From positions 1 to 50,514 of IMG/VR virus record IMGVR_UViG_3300034001_000012: a DNA stretch of 50,514 nt. One strand, 5' to 3'. Within the stretch, counting starts at the first letter, position 1. Every line of letters begins with the position of its first letter. Of this stretch, positions 1 to 8,201 are shown one piece after another. The DNA comes from a virus (taxonomy: Duplodnaviria; Caudoviricetes). The notes beneath the pieces were generated by a model. That model saw only the letters and a list, made by a program, of their open reading frames with translations, did no database searches and was not told the origin of the DNA. A program made the position numbers and the translations under genes.

Positions 1-45
1 CCGCCGCCAACTTTTAACAGCTCCAGGGAAAGGAAGCAATCGCGT

Positions 46-1023
46 TTGATCAGCATCTTCAACGGCCGGAGCCGTTCACTTGGCGAGACCTCAAAGCGTG
101 AGGTTCACCTTCAGATGTCTGTTTCATTTCGCCGTCATCTGATTCATTTCAAGGGGGCTAACTTGGCCGTCTTTATGGCTATTGCGCTACACGCTGACGA
201 CAGGGGCTGGGCGTGGCCGAGAGTCTCGACCATCAAGCGAGAGACCGGCTGCAACGAGAACACCGTGCACAAGGCGCTCAATAAATTGTGCACGATAAAG
301 ATCAAAGGGCGCCGCGTGCTGCTGCGCGCCAAGGAGCCGCCGTCGCATTACGTGGCTGACCCTCGGGACAAGAATTACACGCGCAATTTTTACCTGATCT
401 TTCCTTCGGATGAAGAACTGGGGCTGTATGAGCCGGGGGGCGATGAAGACTCAAACCGACTACAAAAAACCGTATATGAAAAAAGCGAGTCGCTTTTTTT
501 GGATACAGAAAAAGTGGATACGGTTTTTGCGAGCCAGTCTCTTAATACTAAAGAAGAACCAAGTATTAAGAAGAACCATGAAGATCAACAAGACACACAC
601 ACACACGAAGGAGAACCAGCGCCTGCGGCTTCGTCCGCCGTGTCTCAGCCACCAACGCAAGGTGTTGTGTGTGTGTCTGACGAAGTCACGCTCGACGATT
701 TTTGGGATTACGCGGGCAGCCCCGAGGGGAAGTCGCTTGAAACACCGGGCGCATGGATCAACACGAACTTTAACAACCCGGTCGCGCGCGAAACAGTCCG
801 CCGCTGGAAGCTGAGCCGGCAGCCGGAAATGATTCTGGAGACGCGGCAGGCACCGACTGACCAGCTCATGTTCTTCGGCGAAGCTGCTCAGATAGTTCAC
901 ACGATGATGGAGGCGCACAGTCGCGATGCGGAGAGCATCATCGCGGAACTGCCTGTGACTGACGAAGTGCGCGCACGCCTGCTGGAGAAATTTTCCGGCG
1001 GCGAGAAAGTGGAGGCTTTATGA
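46..1023 (+). CDS. Phage replication initiator with N-terminal winged HTH
   Basis: LAVFMAIALHADDRGWAWPRVSTIKRETGCNENTVHKALNKL is typical of HTH_36-like initiators; internal repeat-rich linker. Confidence 0.75.
   Translation: MISIFNGRSRSLGETSKREVHLQMSVSFRRHLIHFKGANLAVFMAIALHADDRGWAWPRVSTIKRETGCNENTVHKALNKLCTIKIKGRRVLLRAKEPPSHYVADPRDKNYTRNFYLIFPSDEELGLYEPGGDEDSNRLQKTVYEKSESLFLDTEKVDTVFASQSLNTKEEPSIKKNHEDQQDTHTHEGEPAPAASSAVSQPPTQGVVCVSDEVTLDDFWDYAGSPEGKSLETPGAWINTNFNNPVARETVRRWKLSRQPEMILETRQAPTDQLMFFGEAAQIVHTMMEAHSRDAESIIAELPVTDEVRARLLEKFSGGEKVEAL
463..678. promoter_or_regulatory. Candidate replication origin inside initiator gene
   Basis: Inverted repeats AAAAAAGCGA/TCGCTTTTTT, AAAAACCGTAT/ATACGGTTTTT, CTTAATACT/AGTATTAAG, direct repeats GGATAC x2 and AAGAAGAACCA x2, inverted (CA)n/(TG)n. 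Confidence 0.5.
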
Positions 1024-1092
1024 ATCGAGTTGTTGTTGCAGTTTCTATTCAACCTGATTGATGCGATTCGAGGCTGGTTCCAATAAATTTAT

Positions 1093-1172
1093 GGGCCGTG
1101 CATCCGAGGTCTCCTCCCGGACGTCACTCGCGAGCGTCCTGTGAAACCTGACGGATGAGGCAATCACGGCCC
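1093..1172. ncRNA. Candidate long nested hairpin RNA
   Basis: Stems GGGCCGTG/CACGGCCC, CATCCG/CGGATG, AGGT/ACCT, GGACG/CGTCC. Confidence 0.4.
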
Positions 1173-1210
1173 GACCCTTTCATGAAAATGATAGCTCCAG
1201 GTAATAGGCA

Positions 1211-1324
1211 ATGATCAGGACCCGTACGCAGATTTTCGCGGTCGCGACAATAGCGACGCTGCTCATCATCATCGTCGGCTATCTCTTCGACGCGCTGGAT
1301 AAGCTGGAGAGGTGGGGGCGATGA
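1211..1324 (+). CDS. 37-aa single-TM peptide (type I toxin-like), not in ORF track
   Basis: MIRTRTQIFAVATIATLLIIIVGYLFDALDKLERWGR; ATGA overlap with 10-aa uORF 1182-1214. Confidence 0.55.
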   Translation: MIRTRTQIFAVATIATLLIIIVGYLFDALDKLERWGR

Positions 1325-1351
1325 GCCGGGGAAGGAGCTGAAGGGCGACCT

Positions 1352-1549
1352 ATGAAGTGTGAGACATGCAAAGCGGACGCGCCACGTCTTCACCAGTCTT
1401 ACGACCCGAAAAAGCGTGGGGCGTTTGAATGCGACAAGTGCGCGCTCCGGGATAAAGGTATGAATTCAGGGCAGCGGGCGCGAATCAAGCAACTCAACGG
1501 TCCCACATCCGCCCGCGCGGCGACAGCCGCCCAGAAGGGGGTGCGATGA
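1352..1549 (+). CDS. Small Zn-ribbon hypothetical protein
   Basis: Two CxxC pairs; AAGGAG upstream; ATGA coupling to next ORF. Confidence 0.55.
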   Translation: MKCETCKADAPRLHQSYDPKKRGAFECDKCALRDKGMNSGQRARIKQLNGPTSARAATAAQKGVR

Positions 1550-1752
1550 CAGCAGCGGCGCCGACTTGCCCGAAGTGCCAGAGCACCCATGTTCGCCTGT
1601 GGACGTTTAACTACCGGCGCGGACGCTGCCTCAACCCCAAGTGTGGGTACACGGGAAGCGCGCGCGATTTTAACCCTGTAACAGAAAAGGCAAAAACCAA
1701 TGAGTCAAGCCATGAATCCAGACGTAAATCGAAACTTAATTGCCGCCAATAA
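1546..1752 (+). CDS. Small Zn-ribbon hypothetical protein
   Basis: CPKC...CLNPKC; coupled start. Confidence 0.55.
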   Translation: MTAAAPTCPKCQSTHVRLWTFNYRRGRCLNPKCGYTGSARDFNPVTEKAKTNESSHESRRKSKLNCRQ

Positions 1753-1999
1753 TGAGATGTCCATTCTTGAGCGGGTACCCATAGTTGAGCTGCCAACGAA
1801 CTCCGTCCAGTGCACAACCTGCTTCAGGGTTCTCTCACGGACGGAGCTGAAGAACGCAGGCTTCATCTGCATTGATTGTAACGACCGCGTGTGCGCGACG
1901 TGCGGGTGTACGGACAGCGTTGCCTGCGAAGGCGGTTGTACGTGGATTCAGTCGGGGGTGTGCTCTACCCATGACGAAGAAAGCATCAGGCGACGATGA
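1700..1999 (+). CDS. Cys-rich hypothetical protein
   Basis: CATCGCTDSVACEGGCTW motif common in phage ORFs. Confidence 0.6.
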   Translation: MSQAMNPDVNRNLIAANNEMSILERVPIVELPTNSVQCTTCFRVLSRTELKNAGFICIDCNDRVCATCGCTDSVACEGGCTWIQSGVCSTHDEESIRRR

Positions 2000-2220
2000 C
2001 CGAAATTAATAAAGGGCCTCTTAAAAAGATAGTGAGCACCAGGCGGGGCGAGACGGTTCTATTTGAAGGTACCCGCCACGCCCTAACGGTGCCGACCATC
2101 ATTCACAAACTCGAATGTGGCCACGAGGCTGAACCTCTCGTGCGCGTCGGCTGCCGCCTACCATATCCACCGAAGCGGCGCCGCTGCCGGCAATGCCTGC
2201 TGGAAGAGCAGGGTCATTGA
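1996..2220 (+). CDS. Hypothetical protein (LECGH...CRQC)
   Basis: ATGA overlap; Zn-binding pattern. Confidence 0.55.
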   Translation: MTEINKGPLKKIVSTRRGETVLFEGTRHALTVPTIIHKLECGHEAEPLVRVGCRLPYPPKRRRCRQCLLEEQGH

Positions 2221-2251
2221 TGCGCATGAGAGGTAAGGAGTTGGAGCTTTT

Positions 2252-2461
2252 ATGACAGAAATTATTTCTGACAACAATGAAAAGGGTCTGCGTGATTCTG
2301 ACGACTCGCGTGAGGCCGCAGGCAGTGAAGAGAGGGTTGATATTAGATGCCCGCGCTGCCTGCAAAAATTTCGGGGCGTGACTCCGGAGATGGCCGCTTA
2401 CATAAAGAACAACCTGTGTGCGGCGTGCCAGGCGGGCGGCGGGGAGAGGGAATCTAAATGA
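2252..2461 (+). CDS. Small Zn-ribbon hypothetical protein
   Basis: GGAG RBS; CPRC...CAAC. Confidence 0.5.
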   Translation: MTEIISDNNEKGLRDSDDSREAAGSEERVDIRCPRCLQKFRGVTPEMAAYIKNNLCAACQAGGGERESK

Positions 2462-2537
2462 CGAGGGACTATAGATGCTTCTATTTATGCCTGCGATCTG
2501 TTCGACACTATTTGAACTACTAAACAGGAAAATGCTC

Positions 2538-2747
2538 ATGACCGAAGAAGTAAAGAACTGCCCTCAGTGCAAGCAGCCCGCGCATAGCAAGCGTCATGTG
2601 CGAGGTGTGCCTAACCTGATTTGCGGCAACGGCCACAACTGGCCGCAGTTCCAGGAGCCGAAACCGGCGGCGCCTACTGAAGACCAGTGTAGGCGGGGCT
2701 TTATTGAGACCGAGTGGGACGGCTCCCCTAAGCGACGCTTCCCCTAG
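2538..2747 (+). CDS. Small Zn-ribbon hypothetical protein
   Basis: CPQC...CGNGH; start uncertain. Confidence 0.5.
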   Translation: MTEEVKNCPQCKQPAHSKRHVRGVPNLICGNGHNWPQFQEPKPAAPTEDQCRRGFIETEWDGSPKRRFP

Positions 2748-2785
2748 TCGATGCCTGAGTTTGATGGCTGGTGATAGAGGACTGA

Positions 2786-3094
2786 ATGAACTACCAGGAA
2801 TTCGCTAACAGACCCGCGATCGCATGTTCACGCCTGAACCAGTTCAGGAAAAATCTGCGCCAGCGGCTGATGACGAAGCTGGGCGCGACTGTCAGCCGCT
2901 GCTCGTGCTGCCGGGCGAAGGTGCTGTCGGCCCCATCATCCATCAAGCTGAACGAAGAGGACGGCGTGCCATTCCTCTGCGACGAGTGCAGGGAGCGGGT
3001 GAAACCTTTCTGCAAAGGGAACGCGGTTTTTGTCATTACGCCGGAGGCCCAGAAAGAGCTGGTGGCCTTCGACCTGGATGTAAGGCGGAATTAG
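2786..3094 (+). CDS. Hypothetical protein
   Basis: GAGGA RBS; CSCC...CDEC. Confidence 0.55.
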   Translation: MNYQEFANRPAIACSRLNQFRKNLRQRLMTKLGATVSRCSCCRAKVLSAPSSIKLNEEDGVPFLCDECRERVKPFCKGNAVFVITPEAQKELVAFDLDVRRN

Positions 3095-3110
3095 GAAGGC
3101 GGAAGCAATA

Positions 3111-3539
3111 ATGAATCCCTGTGAAGGCTGCGCGTACACGGAAGGCGCGGCGGCTAACCTGGAGCCGCAGAACAAACTCAATGGCCAGCTCTGCGTGCTC
3201 GGCGGCATACCCTTCTACTGCCATCACACGAAGTCAGGGGAAATAATAGACCTGGGCCATGAGGCCACGAACATCCCAGAAGTCCGGCGCGAACTCGTCC
3301 AGAGCGGCAAGATGGTCATCTGCCAGGGATGGAAGCGCGAGACGGAGGAGATTGCTCGCACCGGTTACTACGACAGAGCGCGTGACCTCAAGCGCGCGTT
3401 TGCCCTGCTAGGCCTGGGCTCGCTTCAAATCTTCATCACTACAGACGACGAGGCCAAAAAGCGTGTGGCTGCCAGGAATCTCAGGAATGTGATTCTGGCT
3501 TTGAATCGTTCGCGCGGATTCTCAGAGGTTAATGAATGA
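3111..3539 (+). CDS. Hypothetical phage protein (PCxxC...FYCH...ICQGW)
   Basis: Cys/His pattern seen in phage accessory proteins. Confidence 0.6.
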   Translation: MNPCEGCAYTEGAAANLEPQNKLNGQLCVLGGIPFYCHHTKSGEIIDLGHEATNIPEVRRELVQSGKMVICQGWKRETEEIARTGYYDRARDLKRAFALLGLGSLQIFITTDDEAKKRVAARNLRNVILALNRSRGFSEVNE

Positions 3540-3772
3540 TCTCCTTAGAGGCACTTAAGGTGCGCATCATTGAGCGGAGAACTCGGCTGAATGCCAATCT
3601 TGAATGGCGGACACGCCTGCCGCTGGCTGAGGCATGCCGAGAATATCTAAAGGCGCTGCCTCTAATTCGAGAACAAGAAAATGACCTGGCTCAGTACAGG
3701 AAACAAGCAGGTCTTCCTAAATATGCTGAGATAGATTTTCTGAAGGAGAAATCTGATGCCGCTGCTGTTTGA
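3536..3772 (+). CDS. Hypothetical protein
   Basis: ATGA overlap, GAGG RBS. Confidence 0.45.
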   Translation: MISLEALKVRIIERRTRLNANLEWRTRLPLAEACREYLKALPLIREQENDLAQYRKQAGLPKYAEIDFLKEKSDAAAV

Positions 3773-3965
3773 TCAAGATGGCATCCCGCTCGGCTGGGCC
3801 GATGTCCTGGACTCATTTTCGGTAGAGGAACTGAACGCGATGTGCGACGCCGTAGAAGATGGTGATGAAGAGCGCGCAGACCGGATTGTCGAAGCCGTCT
3901 ACGACAGCTACTACGCCGCGCAGGCCGATGCTCTAATAACTCGACTGGAGGCTGCCAATGACTGA
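3756..3965 (+). CDS. Acidic hypothetical protein
   Basis: AAGGAG RBS. Confidence 0.55.
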   Translation: MPLLFDQDGIPLGWADVLDSFSVEELNAMCDAVEDGDEERADRIVEAVYDSYYAAQADALITRLEAAND

Positions 3966-4185
3966 AGCAACAAGGGCAGAGCACGTGGAGTGGGCGAAGC
4001 GGCGGGCACTTGAGTACGTCGATCTAGGCCTGCTGGATGACGCCTGGGCGTCACTCGTGTCCGACCTGCAAAATCACCCTCAGACCCGTGACCACAGCGG
4101 CATCGGGCTGGGTATGAGGCTCTTAATAGCCGAGAAGCTTTCGACCGCCGGAGAGATGCGGAAGTTCATCGAGGACTTTCAATGA
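3958..4185 (+). CDS. Hypothetical phage protein
   Basis: GGAGG RBS, overlapping ORF chain. Confidence 0.6.
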   Translation: MTEATRAEHVEWAKRRALEYVDLGLLDDAWASLVSDLQNHPQTRDHSGIGLGMRLLIAEKLSTAGEMRKFIEDFQ

Positions 4186-4379
4186 ACGAACCAGACTATC
4201 AGGGAAAGAGTGACTGCGCCATCTTCGTTGATCCTCTGCCTAAAGCGCTCCGCCGCGCGGCGGATTTTATTGAGCAGTTGAAAGACGGCCCGATGGACGA
4301 CGGGCAGGTAGTGGTCGAAGGAGAGAATGAAGACGGGGATTGGCGCGTCCTTATTTTCTATGACCGTCAAGCACTTTAA
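4182..4379 (+). CDS. Hypothetical protein
   Basis: ATGA overlap. Confidence 0.5.
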   Translation: MNEPDYQGKSDCAIFVDPLPKALRRAADFIEQLKDGPMDDGQVVVEGENEDGDWRVLIFYDRQAL

Positions 4380-4391
4380 GTGCCGATTATT

Positions 4392-4419
4392 GGTATTGAG
4401 AAAACACATTCTCATTACC
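4392..4419. promoter_or_regulatory. Candidate tyrosine-recombinase crossover site (11-6-11)
   Basis: GGTATTGAGAA-AACACA-TTCTCATTACC, arms 10/11 inverted, about 160 bp upstream of the recombinase. Confidence 0.5.
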
Positions 4420-4490
4420 TACCCGCGGAAAAGGGATTTTTCGGCCCCCTCCGGGGCGCTCTTAGGCCGGTAAACGTTGGCCGAAATGTC

Positions 4491-4518
4491 AGCAGTAGGC
4501 AGTACGCAGTAGGCAGTC
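4491..4518. repeat. Heptamer tandem repeat (NGCAGTA x4)
   Basis: AGCAGTA GGCAGTA CGCAGTA GGCAGTC. Confidence 0.7.
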
Positions 4519-4578
4519 AAAGGGCAGAATTCGGCCTTTTGCGAAGTGCAGAAAATGCACGAAGTTTGAGCGAGGTGA

Positions 4579-5628
4579 ATGATGAGCTCGAACACCCAGA
4601 CTTTAAGTGTCCAGAAACGGTCTCAGCTAGGCGCCCTGCACCAGTTGCATGAGGCACCGGGCAAGCTCAGACGTGACGATCCTCTGGGCGGTGTGACTCT
4701 CTACCTGCGCACCCTTAAAGAGTCCGGGCGCCGCACGCAGCGCGTCAAGCTGGAGATGGCCGCGCGGATCCTCACGGGCGATGGGGATGCTTCGCTTCTC
4801 GATTACAACTGGCGCGCTCTTCGCCGCGGCCACGTCGAGTTCGTGCGCTCGGTGCTGGCCCAGACTTACGCGCCTTCGGTGGTCAACGCCTGTCTCTCCG
4901 CTCTCAAGGGCGTGGCCGAATGGATGATGCACCTGGGGCAGATTGAAGAGGCCGAGGAGCAGAGGATTCGCCGGGTCAAGGGTGTCAGAGCCGACCGGCG
5001 CGCTCGCTCAGGGCGCTCACTTTCAGGCTCTGAGATAGTTGCGCTCTTTCAGTCGTGCGAGCGCGACCGCGCGCGGCTCATAGGACTTCGGGACGCCGCC
5101 CTTCTGACAGTCATCTACGTCGGGGGCTTAAGGTGCAGGGAGACCTGTTCTCTGAAGCTCGCGGACTACAGCCCGCGCCGCCACCAGCTCTTCGTCGAAG
5201 ACGGTAAGGGCAATCGCGAAAGGCGAGCGTACCTTCGCGATGGCGGAGCGCGTAGAGCTATGAACGCCTGGCTGCGCGCCCGCGGGGAAGGAGAAGGGGC
5301 GCTCATCTTGCCCGTCACAAAAAATAACCAGGTCGTGATGCGCCCACTTTCGCGCGACGGGCTCTACAAGGCGCTGCAGCGCCGCGCGGTGGCCGCCGGT
5401 GTCGACCGCTTCTCGATCCATGACCTCAGGCGCTCGTGCGGCTCGCATCTGGTTGCGAAGGGCGCAGACCTGGACACGGTCAGGGACTACCTCGGCCACG
5501 TGGACATCAACACGACGATTGTCTACATCCGGCACGAGGAGCGAAAAAAGCAGGAGGCCTCGCTCAAGCTGAAGGTGAATTTCGGCGGGCGACGCAGAGG
5601 GCGCAAACGCCGCAAGCGCCGGCGCTGA
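4579..5628 (+). CDS. Tyrosine recombinase (Xer/integrase family)
   Basis: GLRCRE (R), GKGNRER (K), HDLRR, LGH, TTIVY catalytic set; Arg-rich C-terminal tail. Confidence 0.95.
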   Translation: MMSSNTQTLSVQKRSQLGALHQLHEAPGKLRRDDPLGGVTLYLRTLKESGRRTQRVKLEMAARILTGDGDASLLDYNWRALRRGHVEFVRSVLAQTYAPSVVNACLSALKGVAEWMMHLGQIEEAEEQRIRRVKGVRADRRARSGRSLSGSEIVALFQSCERDRARLIGLRDAALLTVIYVGGLRCRETCSLKLADYSPRRHQLFVEDGKGNRERRAYLRDGGARRAMNAWLRARGEGEGALILPVTKNNQVVMRPLSRDGLYKALQRRAVAAGVDRFSIHDLRRSCGSHLVAKGADLDTVRDYLGHVDINTTIVYIRHEERKKQEASLKLKVNFGGRRRGRKRRKRRR

Positions 5629-5636
5629 TTCGATCC

Positions 5637-5900
5637 ATGAGTACTGGGCCTCTTTGCGATAAGTGCCCGCGCGCAGCGCCGAGGGCGCGGCTCACAGTCT
5701 CGTGGAATCCATCCGGCGGCTGGGATGTGCTGGAAAGTGATAGGCGTCTCGTGAAGAACGTGAAGACACAGCAGCAGGCTTTTAGTAAAGCAGAATCTCT
5801 GCTCAATCAAATCTGCTCGGACGGGGAGACTTTCCTGGCCTGCAGTACTTGCCCTTACTTAGAGGCTGCCGACGTGGCCGAAAACTTTGACGCAATTTGA
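5637..5900 (+). CDS. Hypothetical protein
   Basis: Likely start MSTGPLCDKC after the recombinase stop. Confidence 0.45.
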   Translation: MSTGPLCDKCPRAAPRARLTVSWNPSGGWDVLESDRRLVKNVKTQQQAFSKAESLLNQICSDGETFLACSTCPYLEAADVAENFDAI

Positions 5901-5903
5901 CGC

Positions 5904-6353
5904 TTGAAGGAGGAAAGCGTGAGAGCAGTAAAGACTAATAAATGTACAGAGCATCCCGCAGAAGATGCCATCCACGTCGACCTGTGGACGAATAATGCTC
6001 TGTGCGTGCCCTGTACGCTCGACTACCGCCGCGAACAGATCAAGGGCAAAGCACCCGTGACAGTCAAGAAGCTCTCGGACATAGAGGTCAAACTCCCTCC
6101 GGGTCGTCACGCGGCGAAAATCTGCTTTCAAGTACTCGCGGGTCTCGTCCCCGGTACGCCGCTGCCGGAATTCACGGAAGAGTGGTGGATTTCCGGCGAC
6201 CAGTGGGAGGCCATCAACACTAACCCTGAAATGCATCCGGAGCATCACGATAATTTATTCGTTCGTTACCAGGACGAGGCGCGCTGGTATGCCGAGCGCA
6301 TCACCGACCCGCACGTCATTAACTGGGTGCGAGTTGAGTTCATCTACTTTTAA
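5904..6353 (+). CDS. Hypothetical protein
   Basis: In + strand chain; AGGAGG favours GTG start near 5919. Confidence 0.55.
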   Translation: MKEESVRAVKTNKCTEHPAEDAIHVDLWTNNALCVPCTLDYRREQIKGKAPVTVKKLSDIEVKLPPGRHAAKICFQVLAGLVPGTPLPEFTEEWWISGDQWEAINTNPEMHPEHHDNLFVRYQDEARWYAERITDPHVINWVRVEFIYF

Positions 6354-6733
6354 TGGACGCGTCCGTAGTGAAGCCTATGTCTGAACAGCAACCAGAGTTA
6401 ATGAGTGAGCATGACGTGCCGTGTCCCGGCTGTGGCCGTCCCATGCGGAGCAACGGCTACACGATGTACTGCGAGACGGCAGGTTGCGTTTTCAACTTTT
6501 TCAAACCGGTAGTCGATCACCTTCAGGTGACTATTCTTCCTTCAGTGCTCAAAGCGTCCGAAGTTGAGCGCGTCTATCGCGAGGGATTTGAGGCATTCCG
6601 TCGCGGCTTGCAGTTTCATGAGTGCCCTTACGCCAAGTCGGGCGCAGATGTCCCGGACGACGATTACCAGCGCGGGGTCGAATGGCGGCGCGGATGGAAT
6701 GATGCGGCGCTCGGAAGTGAAGCGAGGCCTTAA
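6353..6733 (+). CDS. Zn-ribbon plus Rmf/CrpP-like motif protein
   Basis: EGFEAFRRG...CPY...WRRGWNDA. Confidence 0.55.
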   Translation: MDASVVKPMSEQQPELMSEHDVPCPGCGRPMRSNGYTMYCETAGCVFNFFKPVVDHLQVTILPSVLKASEVERVYREGFEAFRRGLQFHECPYAKSGADVPDDDYQRGVEWRRGWNDAALGSEARP

Positions 6734-6736
6734 TTC

Positions 6737-6940
6737 ATGGGCGCTAAAAGTCGGAGGGATCCGTCCAAGCCCTTCATTGTGATGTTCAGGTGGGGCGTCT
6801 TCTACAGGCTGGGCAGTGCAGTGACGAGCGCCAGTGAGGCAGAGGGGTTTGCCACGCCTGGGACGGCACATCAAGCAGTCAGGGATTGTGATCTGGTCAA
6901 ACGGTTCGGCGGTTACTCCGTCGTCCCGCGCTGCAACTAG
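6737..6940 (+). CDS. Hypothetical protein
   Basis: Fills gap in + strand chain. Confidence 0.4.
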   Translation: MGAKSRRDPSKPFIVMFRWGVFYRLGSAVTSASEAEGFATPGTAHQAVRDCDLVKRFGGYSVVPRCN

Positions 6941-6974
6941 AGGGTAGAGCCAGAGTGGAAAGTGGAGGCCAAAG

Positions 6975-7646
6975 ATGAGAAATGACCAAGCGCGTGACAT
7001 TGCCGAAAGACTTGTCGAGTTAATGCGACCCTACTGCACAAGGATAGAGATTGCCGGAAGCCTTAGGCGCGGCAACCCTGTAGTTAAAGACGTTGAGATA
7101 GTTGCCATCCCTGTCTGGGAAGAGCTGAAGCCGCTGCTCGCTCAATCATCCTTCTTCGGTATGGATGAAGTGGTCGAACAAGCTGGGCGCGTTAATCTTC
7201 TTCATCGGTGGGCGGAGCGGGAAACAAATCAGGGCGGTCGCCTGCATGGTCAGATCAACTGGATTAAGGCGGGCCAAAACCCCGAGCCGCTGAACAGGGC
7301 GCCGTTCCCGGAGAAACTTTACTGGAGAGCCATCATCCCTGCAGGCACCAGTCTCAACACGTTTCATGACGTCAAGCTCGACCTGTTTCTGGCCGGTGAA
7401 GATAACTGGGGCAGCATCTTCGTCTACCGGACCGGCAGCCGCGATTTCAACATCGCCTGGCTCCGGTGGATGAAAGCGCATACATCGTTGCGCGCTGACG
7501 AAGGGTACCTGTGGCTCGACGAAGAGAGAATCATCACGCCGACCGAAGAGAGCGTCTTTCAGCTGCTCGGACTTGAATACGTCGAGCCGCGCGAAAGGGT
7601 AGGAGCCGAGGCCCTGAAACCATGGACACCGAAAGTCACAGCATAA
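6975..7646 (+). CDS. Minimal family X DNA polymerase (palm and thumb only)
   Basis: IAGSLRRG...KDVEIV, KLDLF, RTGSRDFN, TEESVFQLLGLEYVEPRER. Confidence 0.88.
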   Translation: MRNDQARDIAERLVELMRPYCTRIEIAGSLRRGNPVVKDVEIVAIPVWEELKPLLAQSSFFGMDEVVEQAGRVNLLHRWAERETNQGGRLHGQINWIKAGQNPEPLNRAPFPEKLYWRAIIPAGTSLNTFHDVKLDLFLAGEDNWGSIFVYRTGSRDFNIAWLRWMKAHTSLRADEGYLWLDEERIITPTEESVFQLLGLEYVEPRERVGAEALKPWTPKVTA

Positions 7647-7683
7647 GGGTGAAGGAATTTTTCACCCTGAAAGGAATCACCTC

Positions 7684-7932
7684 ATGAGCATCACGGGCGA
7701 TGAACTGAGAGGGATTACGGACGCGGAATTGAGGGAAATCTTTCGCAAGATAGCCGCGAACGAAAGACCGCACGGAGGCTTCTTAAGAGAATTTGCGACA
7801 GCGTTGCAGAAGGCCGATGACGACAACTTTCTTCTCCTGAAACCTTCGGCGCTGGCCTTCGCCATTAAATACAACCTCTGGGATTACCGGTTTGATGCGG
7901 ACGCCATCAAGGAATTTCCTCCATCGCAATGA
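7684..7932 (+). CDS. Hypothetical phage protein
   Basis: AAGGA RBS; HGGFLREFATALQKADDDN. Confidence 0.6.
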   Translation: MSITGDELRGITDAELREIFRKIAANERPHGGFLREFATALQKADDDNFLLLKPSALAFAIKYNLWDYRFDADAIKEFPPSQ

Positions 7933-8201
7933 TGAACGACAGCCCTGAGTTGCTGCACGTGCGCGTCGTCATACTGAAGAAGCTTTCGATGTACGCGCTC
8001 GTCGAGCTGACTACGACAACAGAAGGCAGAGCGAGAGTCATGCGCTTCGACCCCCGGCAGATGCCGCCCGTATCAATCGGCCCCTTAGAGGAATTGCCAA
8101 AGGTCATCGAGGCGTTCGTGGTCGCGATCATGAGGAGCAAGCGAAACGGATGGCGGGTGGTCTACGACGGCCAGCCCTTACTGGATAGCTCGGATAGGTG
8201 A
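7929..8201 (+). CDS. Hypothetical protein
   Basis: ATGA overlap. Confidence 0.5.
   Translation: MMNDSPELLHVRVVILKKLSMYALVELTTTTEGRARVMRFDPRQMPPVSIGPLEELPKVIEAFVVAIMRSKRNGWRVVYDGQPLLDSSDR

Noticed and set aside
1093-1172. HDV/theta ribozyme (GGCCGTG...CTCCTCC)
   Set aside because: Pairings are nested, not the double-pseudoknot order
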